The notes under the pieces were generated by a model. The model saw only the letters and a list, made by a program, of their open reading frames with translations, did not search any database and was not told the DNA's origin. A stretch of 64,000 nt of DNA from Promethearchaeota archaeon. GTDB lineage: Archaea; Asgardarchaeota; Lokiarchaeia; Sigyniarchaeales; SOKP01. This document shows positions 39,751 through 50,025 of the stretch, piece after piece. The translations under genes were made by a program, and so were the position numbers. Location: contig JAHLWS010000069.1 in assembly GCA_019057795.1 (NCBI GenBank), positions 1 to 64,000 of the forward strand, written 5' to 3'. Positions within the stretch are counted from its first letter, which is position 1. The number at the start of each line of letters is the position of its first letter.

Positions 39751-41601
39751 ATGTGTGGTATTTTTGGAATAATTACTAATCAAGAAATTCCTTTAGGAAA
39801 AGTTGTCTTAGAAGGAATTAAACGATTAGAATACCGTGGATATGATTCATGTGGTATTGTTTCACTCTGTAATTCTAAATTATTTGTTAAAAAAGAGGCT
39901 GGAAAAATTGCTGATATCTGTAAAAAAGTTAAATTAGATGAGTTTCCTGATGGTTCGAAACTTGCGTTGGCCCATACAAGATGGGCAACTCATGGGGCAC
40001 CTACTAAACAAAACAGTCATCCGCATTTAGATTGTTTCAACAAAATTGCAGTTGTGCATAATGGGATAATAGAAAATTTTATGGAATTACGGAATGAACT
40101 CTCTTCTACAGGACACTCGTTTAAATCAGATACTGATACTGAAGTTATTCCCCATTTAATTGAAGATTTTATGAAAAAAGGTTTTAATCTTAAGCTTGCT
40201 ACCATAAGCGCATTAAAAAAATGTAAAGGAGCATACGCAATAGCAGTCTGTCAGGTTGATAATCCTGATACGATTATAGTTGCTCGAAAGGAATCTCCTT
40301 TAATAATTGGAATAGAAGAAGGAAAAACAACTTATTGTTCTTCAGATATTCCTGCTTTTCTACCTCTTACTCGTAAATGTTATATAATGGAAGATAACGA
40401 ACTTGCTGTTTTGAAAGCGGGAGAAGTAAAATTTTTTGATCTTAAAAACGATAATGAATTGATTAAAAAAAAAATACAAAATATTGAATGGAATATAGAT
40501 GCTGCTGAAAAATGTGGTTATGAGCATTTTATGCTAAAAGAAATTTTCGAACAACCAAATGCATTAAGGTATACTATGAAAATTTCAGAGCAACTTTTAA
40601 GTAAGTTCGCAAACGCTTTATTATCAGCAGATAACATATATATTACTGCTGCGGGTACATCTTATCACGCAGCACTAGCAGGAAAATTTATAATTACTAG
40701 ATTTCTTGGTAAAAACATTCAAGATATAGAATGCTCTGAATTTGAGACTCAACTAACAGGTAGTTTACAAGATGATTCCGTGATTATTGCAATCTCTCAA
40801 TCAGGTGAAACGATTGATACGATTGAAGCGATTAGATGGGCAAAAAAGGCAAAGTCTGTTAAAATCTTAACGATTACTAATGTTGTAGGCTCATCGATTA
40901 CTAGGTATTCCGATCACGTGATCGTAACAAATGCAGGACCTGAGATTGGTGTAGCCGCAACAAAAACGTATAGCACACAAGTTCTTGCTCTTGCTTTGAT
41001 AGCAGTTTCAATCGCAAAAATTAGAAAAATAATATCAGACGAAGATATAATAAAATACTACGGTGCTTTAACTGGAATTCCTAATATCATTGAAAATTTC
41101 CTTAAAAAAAATGTTGATTTAATTAAATATATCGTAAATAATTTAGAAAAAAATCTGAATTATTTCTTTTTAGCAAGAGGTATTTCAATCGCAACTGCCA
41201 AAGAAGGAGGATTAAAATTGAAAGAAGTTGCTTGTCGATTTATCGAAGGTTATTCAGCAGCTTCTGCTAAACATGGGCCAATTTCTTTAGTAAGAGAAGG
41301 ATTTCCTATAATTTTTATTGCTCCACCTGACGAGACATATAATAGATTAGTTGGGAACGTAATGGAGTTCAAATCTAGAGGAGGAAGAATTATTTCCGTC
41401 GTTGTGGAAAGCGATGTAAAAATAACAAAATTAAGTGACATAACAATTCGAATTCCTCAACCCGCTGATAAATATCATAATCTTTTCAGCCCAATTACTT
41501 TCATGCCTGCCTTACAATTATTAGCCTATTATGCTGCCTTAGCTCATGATCTAGACCCCGATAAACCATTAAATCTTAGTAAGACTGTGACCGTTCATTA
41601 A
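39751..41601 (+). CDS. glmS: Glutamine-fructose-6-phosphate transaminase
   Basis: MCGI, LEYRGYDS, HTRWATHG, SQSGET, AATKT, KHGP, SKTVTV. Confidence 0.96.
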   Translation: MCGIFGIITNQEIPLGKVVLEGIKRLEYRGYDSCGIVSLCNSKLFVKKEAGKIADICKKVKLDEFPDGSKLALAHTRWATHGAPTKQNSHPHLDCFNKIAVVHNGIIENFMELRNELSSTGHSFKSDTDTEVIPHLIEDFMKKGFNLKLATISALKKCKGAYAIAVCQVDNPDTIIVARKESPLIIGIEEGKTTYCSSDIPAFLPLTRKCYIMEDNELAVLKAGEVKFFDLKNDNELIKKKIQNIEWNIDAAEKCGYEHFMLKEIFEQPNALRYTMKISEQLLSKFANALLSADNIYITAAGTSYHAALAGKFIITRFLGKNIQDIECSEFETQLTGSLQDDSVIIAISQSGETIDTIEAIRWAKKAKSVKILTITNVVGSSITRYSDHVIVTNAGPEIGVAATKTYSTQVLALALIAVSIAKIRKIISDEDIIKYYGALTGIPNIIENFLKKNVDLIKYIVNNLEKNLNYFFLARGISIATAKEGGLKLKEVACRFIEGYSAASAKHGPISLVREGFPIIFIAPPDETYNRLVGNVMEFKSRGGRIISVVVESDVKITKLSDITIRIPQPADKYHNLFSPITFMPALQLLAYYAALAHDLDPDKPLNLSKTVTVH

Positions 41602-41715
41602 AGATATTCTTTATTCTTATTAAAGTTCAAAATTCTTCCTATTATTGCTATTTTAACAATATTAAAAATATAATAAGAATAAGAAAAAAAGTAGTATTAA
41701 ATGAAAAGATGATTT

Positions 41716-42957
41716 CTAAATAAAGGATGGAAGATACTTCAATATTGCATTTCTTGTATTTTCAACGATACTCAAAAGCCAAGAAGTTCCAACTTTTAAA
41801 TTGTGCTCGTCCAAATTTTGTATTACATTGATATAATCCTTATTTGTTGTATCTATGTTATTTATAAATTCATCCTTCATTTTCTCGTCACCAGAATACG
41901 ATAGACATTCATTAAAGCATTTTTCGATTTTTTGTATGTTTTCAAGTAGTTCTCTTTTTTGATTTATCAACTCATTTGACACTTCATTACCCTTAATCGA
42001 TTTATACAATTCAATGGATTTTTCCATCTTACTAGCTAATTGTTTGAATCTTTTAATTCTCTCGTTGAAAATAATCTCAAGTTTTTCAAGTGCACCTTCA
42101 TAAAGTAGTTTTTCCATATCACTTCCTTGAAAAAACTTAGAACGTACAATTAGATACCATTGTTTAAGAGCTATTATGTTTGCTATATATTCAATACAAT
42201 TTATAACCCTTCTTTTAACGCTCCAATATAATCCCGGATAGAAATCCATATCCCCTTTTTGAGGCTCTTTACCCATTAAAAGTTTATGGCCTTGGGGACA
42301 ATCTCCACGGTAAATAACTCCAGCTGCAATTACTGTCTTATAACCTATCCGACTAGGTCCTACTATTCCGCCTTGGCCCCCTAAAAAGATGGGAGGTTGA
42401 TTGAGCATAACACCATATGCTACATCTCCAATTAAAGATGCAGTTGCTTTATCCTGATTAGGTGTATAATTAAAATGAATATACGAACTACCCACTTCAC
42501 TATGGTTTATTCTGCTCGTCCCGCCTGCCATTAAAACATCACAAAAATTAATAATGCTCCCTAATGTCACAAATGGAAAAAGAATTGTTTGTTTAAGACC
42601 TACTGTATGGGCACCATTTGCTTTCTCCTCCAGCAGGCATCCCTCCCGTACTTCAGCACCATCCTGAAACATTGATCCTTTAAGAAATGTTGATCCTTCA
42701 AAATATCCACCTTTTAATTCAACTTTTCTCCCTAATTGACAATTTTTAATAGTAACTGGAGACCTACTGCCCAGCTTAACTCCCGGCATAATAAGTGTCT
42801 TTTTGCCAAATATTTTACATCCTGAGTGTATTGTAACATCCTCAGATGATATCAGATTAATGTTGACTTCCTCGCCTATTTCAACCGAAGAAGGATTTGG
42901 TATTTTGACTCCTTTTTCAATTAAAGCAGTAATTAATGAGTTTTTATTATTTACCAT
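41716..42957 (-). CDS. GlmU-related left-handed beta-helix protein lacking a nucleotidyltransferase domain
   Basis: Begins LIEKGVKIPNPSSVEIG like the GlmU C-terminal half; hexapeptide-type repeats; NYTP..DK; no LAAG motif. Confidence 0.7.
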   Translation of the reverse strand: MVNNKNSLITALIEKGVKIPNPSSVEIGEEVNINLISSEDVTIHSGCKIFGKKTLIMPGVKLGSRSPVTIKNCQLGRKVELKGGYFEGSTFLKGSMFQDGAEVREGCLLEEKANGAHTVGLKQTILFPFVTLGSIINFCDVLMAGGTSRINHSEVGSSYIHFNYTPNQDKATASLIGDVAYGVMLNQPPIFLGGQGGIVGPSRIGYKTVIAAGVIYRGDCPQGHKLLMGKEPQKGDMDFYPGLYWSVKRRVINCIEYIANIIALKQWYLIVRSKFFQGSDMEKLLYEGALEKLEIIFNERIKRFKQLASKMEKSIELYKSIKGNEVSNELINQKRELLENIQKIEKCFNECLSYSGDEKMKDEFINNIDTTNKDYINVIQNLDEHNLKVGTSWLLSIVENTRNAILKYLPSFI

Positions 42958-43136
42958 ATAATCTTATCTCTTTTCTGGTTCATATTTCTTATTTTTTTAA
43001 TAAAAATAATTTCTAACTTCTAATAAACCTTTTTTAGTAAATTATTGTCTAATTCATTTATTCCCTCAATTCAACTTCTAACATATTATTACTATTACAC
43101 ACTCTGCTGAAGTGTCCCAACAAGATGTGAGAATTA

Positions 43137-44423
43137 TTATAAACTCTTCTTAATAATCCCTTTATTTGGATCATGGTAATAAAGAGTATTTGGAGGGATA
43201 TCCTCACTTACTATTGTATGGGCTCCGATTCTTGAATTTTCACTAATGATTTTACCTGTCATTATGCTTACATTTATTCCGGTTTTAACGTTTGGTCCGA
43301 TAATAGTACCTAATTTTCTTCTTCTTGAATCAACTAACTGACCTTTAATAGACACCTTAACGCTTTTTTCATCAAGTCTTAAATTTGCAACTTTAGTTCC
43401 TGCTCCCAGATTTACATTCTCACAAATAATTGAATCTCCTACGTAATTAAAGTGAGGAATTGTAGTATTTGATAAAATAATAGAATTTTTAATTTCACTC
43501 GTGCCAATGTGGCAATCATTAGCAATGAAAGTATATGGTCTTATAAACGAATTAGGCCCGATTAAATTGTTATTTCCGATATAACAAGGCCCCTGAATAT
43601 AGGAGCCAGAACGAACATTAGTTCCTTCGCCAATATACACTTTCCCTGAGATTTGAACATTATCTTCAATCTTGCCTATTATTTTATTTTCTATTTTGTC
43701 TAAAAGATAACTATTGGCATCTAAAAATTGCCAAGGTAATCCTATATCGCTCCAGAAATAGTTTTTTATCGTGTAACCTGCAATATTTCCTTTAAATTGG
43801 TTTATCAGAATTTCCATAGAATCTGTAAATTCATATTCCCCTCGAATAGATTTTTCAGTTTTTTCAATTGCTTGAAAGATTTTAGATTCGAATATAAAAA
43901 TTCCTGCATTTGCTAGATTTCCTACATTCATCTCTGGTGTGGGTTTTTCAATAATTTTTTCAACAAAACCGTTAGGATTTAAAGAGATGATACCAAATTC
44001 TTCAGGATTTTTTACTTCCATTAATAAAATTATACCTTCCACCTTGTTTTCATTAAATTTTTGAACAATTTCTTGATAAACTTTAGGTTCTACTAATAAA
44101 TCTCCATACATCATTAAGAAAGGCTCGTCTTTAATAAAGTCCTTGGCAAAACCAAAAGCATGTGCTGTACCTAAATATTCTTCTTGGGTTTTATATTCTA
44201 TTTTAATTTGAAATTTATCAATTCCATTGCCAAAATAATTTCTAATTATATCTTCTTTATATCCAACTATTAATAAAATTTCATTAATCCCTGCGTCCTT
44301 TAACCCTAAGATTGTATGTTCAAGTAAAGGCTTGCCAGCGATAGGAATCAGAGGTTTTGGGCGAGAAAAAGTTATAGGCATCAATCTCTTTCCCTTTCCT
44401 GCTGCAATTATTACCGCTTTCAT
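43137..44423 (-). CDS. glmU: Archaeal bifunctional sugar-1-phosphate nucleotidyltransferase/acetyltransferase
   Basis: IIAAGKGKRLMP.T..RPKPL, GTAHA, EKP, RGEYE, HFNYVGDS, GAGT..ANLR. Confidence 0.9.
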   Translation of the reverse strand: MKAVIIAAGKGKRLMPITFSRPKPLIPIAGKPLLEHTILGLKDAGINEILLIVGYKEDIIRNYFGNGIDKFQIKIEYKTQEEYLGTAHAFGFAKDFIKDEPFLMMYGDLLVEPKVYQEIVQKFNENKVEGIILLMEVKNPEEFGIISLNPNGFVEKIIEKPTPEMNVGNLANAGIFIFESKIFQAIEKTEKSIRGEYEFTDSMEILINQFKGNIAGYTIKNYFWSDIGLPWQFLDANSYLLDKIENKIIGKIEDNVQISGKVYIGEGTNVRSGSYIQGPCYIGNNNLIGPNSFIRPYTFIANDCHIGTSEIKNSIILSNTTIPHFNYVGDSIICENVNLGAGTKVANLRLDEKSVKVSIKGQLVDSRRRKLGTIIGPNVKTGINVSIMTGKIISENSRIGAHTIVSEDIPPNTLYYHDPNKGIIKKSL

Positions 44424-44653
44424 ATAAGATATTAGTTTAAGATTATATTAAAAACTTCCTCTATAATGCCATTTAGGGCAATAGGACTATTAAACATCTC
44501 TAATAATGAGTGAAGTCAAGATCTTTAATGAAGATTCATTGTTCGCAAAATAATTATAATATCATTACAGTATCTTAACTAAAAATCCTTTCTAGTGCCT
44601 TGCATTTATTTATTATTTATATTTATACATTAAAACTAGAATTGATATGATGA

Positions 44654-47404
44654 TTATTCTATCTTCTTAGGAAGGGAGAAATAAAACGTGCTTCCCATGT
44701 TCTTCCCTTCTGATTCCATCCAAATTTTCCCCCCGTGTGATTCCACAATTCTCTTTGAAATAAATAGCCCTAAACCAGTACCATCAATTTCTAAATCAAG
44801 ACCTTGACCATAACGTTCTATTTTTCCAAATTGTTGAAAAAGTTTCTTTTTCTGATCTTCATTAAAGCCAATTCCGTTATCTTTTACTGAAACAACAACA
44901 AGCTCTTCTTTTAATTCTGTCTTTATTTCAATTTTCCCCCTGGGTGGAGTGTACTTAATCGCATTAGATAGTAAATTAGAAAGAACATCGTGAATCTCCT
45001 CTTTTTCAATATTTGCGTACAACTGGTCATGTATATCTAATTTAATTGAGTGCTTTCTTTTTTCTGCCATAGGTTCTAATTCAAGCACGCAAAAATTTAT
45101 GAGAAATGATAAGTCTTCCCTTTGCTTACTCGGTCTTAATTCGGGTGATTCTAATCTAGAAGATTTTAAAAGGTTGTTAATAATATTCTGAAGTCTATCG
45201 CAACCAGCATTTATCTCTCGTAGTTTTGAAATAATAGATGAATCTAATTGATCTTCATGTAAAGATAATATGAGTTCAGAATATCCCTTAATTGAAATGA
45301 GGGGGGTTTTTAATTCATGAGAAGATCTTCTAAGAAACTCAGATTTTAGTTTACTTACTTCTCTTAAATTTTCCTCAACATGCTTTCTCTCAGTAATATC
45401 CATGCCATATATGTTTACATAATTAGTACCTCTTATGGGTGTAAAAGTAAAGGAGTAAAAATTCTCACCAAATCTCACTTCTGATTCAGTAATTTGATTG
45501 CTTTCAAACGAATGTTTCACGTTTTCCTTTATGATATTTGGGATTTGATTATAATCTATTATGTTAAATAATTTTTGACCTGCATAGTTTATATAAATAA
45601 CTTCATCTCTATTCACTCTTAAAACGGGATAGGGATTCTCTGATGGAAATTGAGCTAAATCAAAGATTTCTTTCTCCTTTTTCTTGCGCTCGGTGATATC
45701 TGTAAATATAATTCCAAGATTATCTCCTACTTTGAACGCTCTTATCGAGAGTTGAGAGGAAGATTGTCCATCTATTCTATTAAAAATACCATCTTCTGTA
45801 GAAAACGGTTTTCCAGTTTTAATGACTTCAATATATTTGTCATATCTCCCAGTTTCTTTAAGATTTGGTACGATATCTAAGATGTTTTTTCCGATTATTT
45901 CCTCTTTAGTCATCCCTATAGTTTGTAGCGTTACCTTGTTCACATCAATATAATTCAATTGTGCATCATAAAGGACGAACCCATCGGTAGCTGAATTCAT
46001 GAAACTCGCTAATCGCTGTTCTGATTCTTTTAATTTTTGTTCTGATATCTTTTGTTTGGTAACATCTCTAAAACTCCATACACGTCCCTTAATCTCTCCT
46101 GCGTGAATTAGTGGACTAGATAAGCGATCAAAAATCCTTCCATCTTTAAATAAGAGAGTATCAAAACCTTCGCTAGCAGATCTATAAAGTTGATTTACTT
46201 TTGAAAGAAAAGCTTCTGGGTCTGTTAATTGACTTAATACATAATCTAATAATTTTTGATCATCTCTTTTTTCGATTAAATCCTGTGGAATACGCCACAT
46301 GTCCGCAAATTTAGAATTAGTGTGCGTTACTTGACCATATTCATCAACAACAAGAATCCCATCTGCAGTAGATTCTAGGGTTGACCTCAAAATTTCTTCG
46401 GATTCTCTTAATTTTTGTTCTGATATTATTTTTTCGGTAACTTCTCTAGCGAAACCGTAAAATCCGATCTTATTTCCTTCAGAATCGTGTATTAAATCGA
46501 TAAATCCTTCCAAAAATACTTGTTTTCCCCTATTCGTTAACCCTTTAGCTCTATTAGTATGAGGAAGGGGAATTCCTGATTTATAAAGTTGGTTAAACAT
46601 TTTAAATAACTCTTTAGATGTCTTTTCGTCGAAAATCAAGCGAAAATTCTTTCCTAATAGTTCTTCCTTTGAATATCCTACTGTTTTACACCAATAATCA
46701 TTCACGAAGGTAAAATTTCCCTTAAGATCGAGAGCATAATATCCTTCCATCATGTTTTCGAGAAGCTCTCTATATTTTTTCTCGGATTTTTTTAATTTGT
46801 GTTTGAATTTAGTCTGATCTGAGCCTTTGAATATCTCCCAGGTGCCCTCTCGCCTAAAAAGAGCACATTGATGATTGCGAACAGCATCCAAAATCTTAAA
46901 AGATCCGCATATTTCAAGGGAATAGGCGCAAACAGCAATTATATTATAGGAAGTGATTATATTACTTATTTCTTCCTCAAAATCGTTGAAAACTTTCCAA
47001 TCTTTATCTTCTTGCCAAAAAGTATTTCCTGTTAATCTTAATCCATTAAATCCATTATCTAACGCACCATTATATTTATCTACCCATCGATTGAGAACGC
47101 TTTGCAGGTCAAATTCGTTATTTTCCTGATACAATTCTGTATATGGAATAATCTCTATCTGATTTTTCTGTACATACGTATCAAACTTAGGTATAGCCAT
47201 TCTCATAGCCTTCTCGGCATCTTTTTCATTTAACGGTTCAGAAGTTATCCACATGCAATATTCATTATTCTCTAAACCTGCTTTAAAATAGGACACTAAA
47301 ATCTCGAGAAGATCGCCTTGTGTTTGATAAAACATACAGAAATGAGTGCCCCATGGTATAGTGCCTAAAACTTCAATCCCAGATTTTCTTTCTGATGATT
47401 TCAT
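44654..47404 (-). CDS. Soluble sensor histidine kinase: MEDS domain, several PAS domains, HisKA/HATPase
   Basis: PWGTHFCMFY (MEDS), repeated DITERK-type PAS ends, SHELKTPL, NLLSNAIKY, DNGIG, GTGLGL. Confidence 0.92.
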   Translation of the reverse strand: MKSSERKSGIEVLGTIPWGTHFCMFYQTQGDLLEILVSYFKAGLENNEYCMWITSEPLNEKDAEKAMRMAIPKFDTYVQKNQIEIIPYTELYQENNEFDLQSVLNRWVDKYNGALDNGFNGLRLTGNTFWQEDKDWKVFNDFEEEISNIITSYNIIAVCAYSLEICGSFKILDAVRNHQCALFRREGTWEIFKGSDQTKFKHKLKKSEKKYRELLENMMEGYYALDLKGNFTFVNDYWCKTVGYSKEELLGKNFRLIFDEKTSKELFKMFNQLYKSGIPLPHTNRAKGLTNRGKQVFLEGFIDLIHDSEGNKIGFYGFAREVTEKIISEQKLRESEEILRSTLESTADGILVVDEYGQVTHTNSKFADMWRIPQDLIEKRDDQKLLDYVLSQLTDPEAFLSKVNQLYRSASEGFDTLLFKDGRIFDRLSSPLIHAGEIKGRVWSFRDVTKQKISEQKLKESEQRLASFMNSATDGFVLYDAQLNYIDVNKVTLQTIGMTKEEIIGKNILDIVPNLKETGRYDKYIEVIKTGKPFSTEDGIFNRIDGQSSSQLSIRAFKVGDNLGIIFTDITERKKKEKEIFDLAQFPSENPYPVLRVNRDEVIYINYAGQKLFNIIDYNQIPNIIKENVKHSFESNQITESEVRFGENFYSFTFTPIRGTNYVNIYGMDITERKHVEENLREVSKLKSEFLRRSSHELKTPLISIKGYSELILSLHEDQLDSSIISKLREINAGCDRLQNIINNLLKSSRLESPELRPSKQREDLSFLINFCVLELEPMAEKRKHSIKLDIHDQLYANIEKEEIHDVLSNLLSNAIKYTPPRGKIEIKTELKEELVVVSVKDNGIGFNEDQKKKLFQQFGKIERYGQGLDLEIDGTGLGLFISKRIVESHGGKIWMESEGKNMGSTFYFSLPKKIE

Positions 47405-47677
47405 ATATTATTTTACCCATTTAATATTAACTTTTGGAAATAATTCTACTATTTGAGCCTATTAAATATCTTTTATTTTTTATTATTTAGAACTAGTTTT
47501 TTTATATAATTTTATTGTTTTAAAAAAACCTTAAAACAACTACGAAAAATTTATATTTTACGCTCAACTAAAAATTAAATAAATTTATAAAATTCAAAAG
47601 TCTTTTTAAATAAAGAATTTACACCTAATAATACCAGCTTTCATATAAGAGATTTGTTAACGTCTATTGAAAGCTTT

Positions 47678-49168
47678 TCACGCTTTTTCTACACGAAATA
47701 TATGGCTATTCCAACCCTCTAATTCGATATATAATCCATTTTCACGAAGATCTTTTCCTTTATAAATATACTCGTTCCTTGTAAGCAGATCTGTAAACTT
47801 CCAGTTAAATAGTCCAAAATCTATATCTTCTATTATTAAATGCGCTTTGGAAGCAATTAAACTATAATTGACAACAATTAATAGTCGATCCTTATCTGTC
47901 CACCACTGATACGAAATAATATTATTGAAAGAGTTATCACTTGAACTGATAGGTTTAACTTTACATAAAGACCATTTTGCATTATCAAACTCTCTTCCGG
48001 GAATAATTTCCAACAAATTGTCATAGAATTCCATCAGAGCTAAGTCATCTTCTTCTGTCGTCGCCCTTCCTAATTGAACAGGTAATTTTATTTCGTATCC
48101 TCGTGTTTGCCCTTCAAAAATCAATCGAGCGCCAGGTAGTGTTGATGTAATAACAACAGCAGCTTTTGAAGCTTCAGTTCCGAACACCGTTATAGCTCTT
48201 GGTTCATCGTGATTTTCAATAAAGCGGAGCAATTTTCTTTGGTAATCCAAATCTGCTTTAAGATGTTCGTTTACTCTCTGAGCATTATCATTAGCTAAGC
48301 GTTCGTATAGTTTCTTATCATAACAATAATCAAATCCTTGCTGCATCAATTCCCATTCCATATCCCAATACACTTCAGCTATAAACTTAAAATCGGGGAA
48401 TTCATTTTTTACAGCAACAATAATTTCTTCCCAAAATTCTTTTTCAAGAGCTGGACCTACTTTTACCTCCCATGTGCGGTTAAAAACGCTATTAGTCATT
48501 AACATTGCCATATCACATCTAACACCATCACATTGTTGGGCGATCGAAAGTAGCGTGTGAATGGCTTTTGAACGAGCTTCAGGCGAAAACGCATTGATTT
48601 GCACGGTGTCGGTCCATGCAGGAAAATTGGGATCGCGACCATGAGCATAAACAATATCTCCTAAAGAGAAAAAGTCGTATGGTTTAGCTATTAAATCATC
48701 TATAGTTCCTTTTATAAAAACATCTGATTTTTCAAGCGTCCATAGATGGTCTACTGAAACATGGTTGGGAACATAATCTAAAAGTAGCAATATTCCATGG
48801 TCAGCTAATTCTTTGCGGAAGAAATCTAAACCATCTGAACCCCCAAGGTGAGAACTAACGTGATAATAATATACTGAATATGGCGAACCAATAACATCAT
48901 CGGTATTAAAATAATGTAACGCCTTACGATATTCTTCTTGTAAACCTTCGTGGTTAATCGCAATTTCTCTTCCTATAGGACTTCTTTCCCATACTCCCAT
49001 TAACCAAATTGCATCATAAGGAGTTAATTCTTGGTCAATTAATTCAACAGGTAATGTATCTAACTTAATTGAATGGCCATATATCTCAGATAAATTGTTT
49101 AACCATGGCCACGTGTTAATTTCGTAAATTTTAGGGTGTTTAGGCCATATAATCTTTTTTATTGACAT
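47678..49168 (-). CDS. GH13 alpha-amylase family protein
   Basis: YEINT, LDYVPNH, DGVRCDMA, FIAEVY, ENHDE. Confidence 0.88.
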   Translation of the reverse strand: MSIKKIIWPKHPKIYEINTWPWLNNLSEIYGHSIKLDTLPVELIDQELTPYDAIWLMGVWERSPIGREIAINHEGLQEEYRKALHYFNTDDVIGSPYSVYYYHVSSHLGGSDGLDFFRKELADHGILLLLDYVPNHVSVDHLWTLEKSDVFIKGTIDDLIAKPYDFFSLGDIVYAHGRDPNFPAWTDTVQINAFSPEARSKAIHTLLSIAQQCDGVRCDMAMLMTNSVFNRTWEVKVGPALEKEFWEEIIVAVKNEFPDFKFIAEVYWDMEWELMQQGFDYCYDKKLYERLANDNAQRVNEHLKADLDYQRKLLRFIENHDEPRAITVFGTEASKAAVVITSTLPGARLIFEGQTRGYEIKLPVQLGRATTEEDDLALMEFYDNLLEIIPGREFDNAKWSLCKVKPISSSDNSFNNIISYQWWTDKDRLLIVVNYSLIASKAHLIIEDIDFGLFNWKFTDLLTRNEYIYKGKDLRENGLYIELEGWNSHIFRVEKA

Positions 49169-49389
49169 GATTAATTTAGGGTCGATTCATTCTTAGTATT
49201 AATGAATATTAAATATGCCTCCTAATATAAAAAATAAATCCTATTTTAGTTTCAAATTTCGAACAGAAGTTAACGAGTAATTTATTGTTAAGTTATTTTT
49301 TGTCAACTTTTTTAAAAATAAATATATATAAATTATTAGACAATCATATCTATAATATCTATAATAAAGAAAAATAAAAGAAGTAAGTA

Positions 49390-49953
49390 TTGAAAATGAG
49401 TGAAGAGAAAGAAGCAATTCGAAAGCTTATAATGCTGATTTCAGATTTACGTGCTAAAGACGAGGAGCGTTACGAGGCTCACGTTAATTTTATGAACGAA
49501 ACCATTAAAATGATTAGTGCAATTGAGTCTCAGATGAATAAACACTGGTCTACTGTGTTAGAATCCCTTAAGGAATTAAATGAGGACATAAACAATAATT
49601 TAGACAGTTTACTTACAGGAATAAACCCGAAAGGTCTAAGAGAAACGTCCAAATCGCTTCAAGAAATCATGGATACAATGAACAAGAGCGTTCAATCGAT
49701 GAATTTGGAAAAGGTTTTAAGCGAACTTAAAGTTTTAAAAGCTTCAACAATACCAATAACAGCAATTCCTGGGGCGGTTTCTGTAGGACAGCAACCAGAA
49801 CAAATTACAGCTAATCTTAATCTGAACCCTCCGGGGGGTGCAGTAGCTTCACAAGAACCTGAAGTATACGGATTTGTCCCCGGAAAAAAGAAGAAGAAAG
49901 AAGACGAAAATGACGAGCCGCACCTTATGAAGCCAAGTGACCTTTTTAAGTAA
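49390..49953 (+). CDS. Hypothetical coiled-coil protein
   Basis: Helical N-terminus, Pro/Gly linker, KPSDLF end. Confidence 0.65.
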   Translation: MKMSEEKEAIRKLIMLISDLRAKDEERYEAHVNFMNETIKMISAIESQMNKHWSTVLESLKELNEDINNNLDSLLTGINPKGLRETSKSLQEIMDTMNKSVQSMNLEKVLSELKVLKASTIPITAIPGAVSVGQQPEQITANLNLNPPGGAVASQEPEVYGFVPGKKKKKEDENDEPHLMKPSDLFK

Positions 49954-50025
49954 TTTGGGAGATTTACTGGCTCAAAAAATCAATATAAGTCCACCTGCTG
50001 CCCGGGGATTAATTACTTAATCAAT

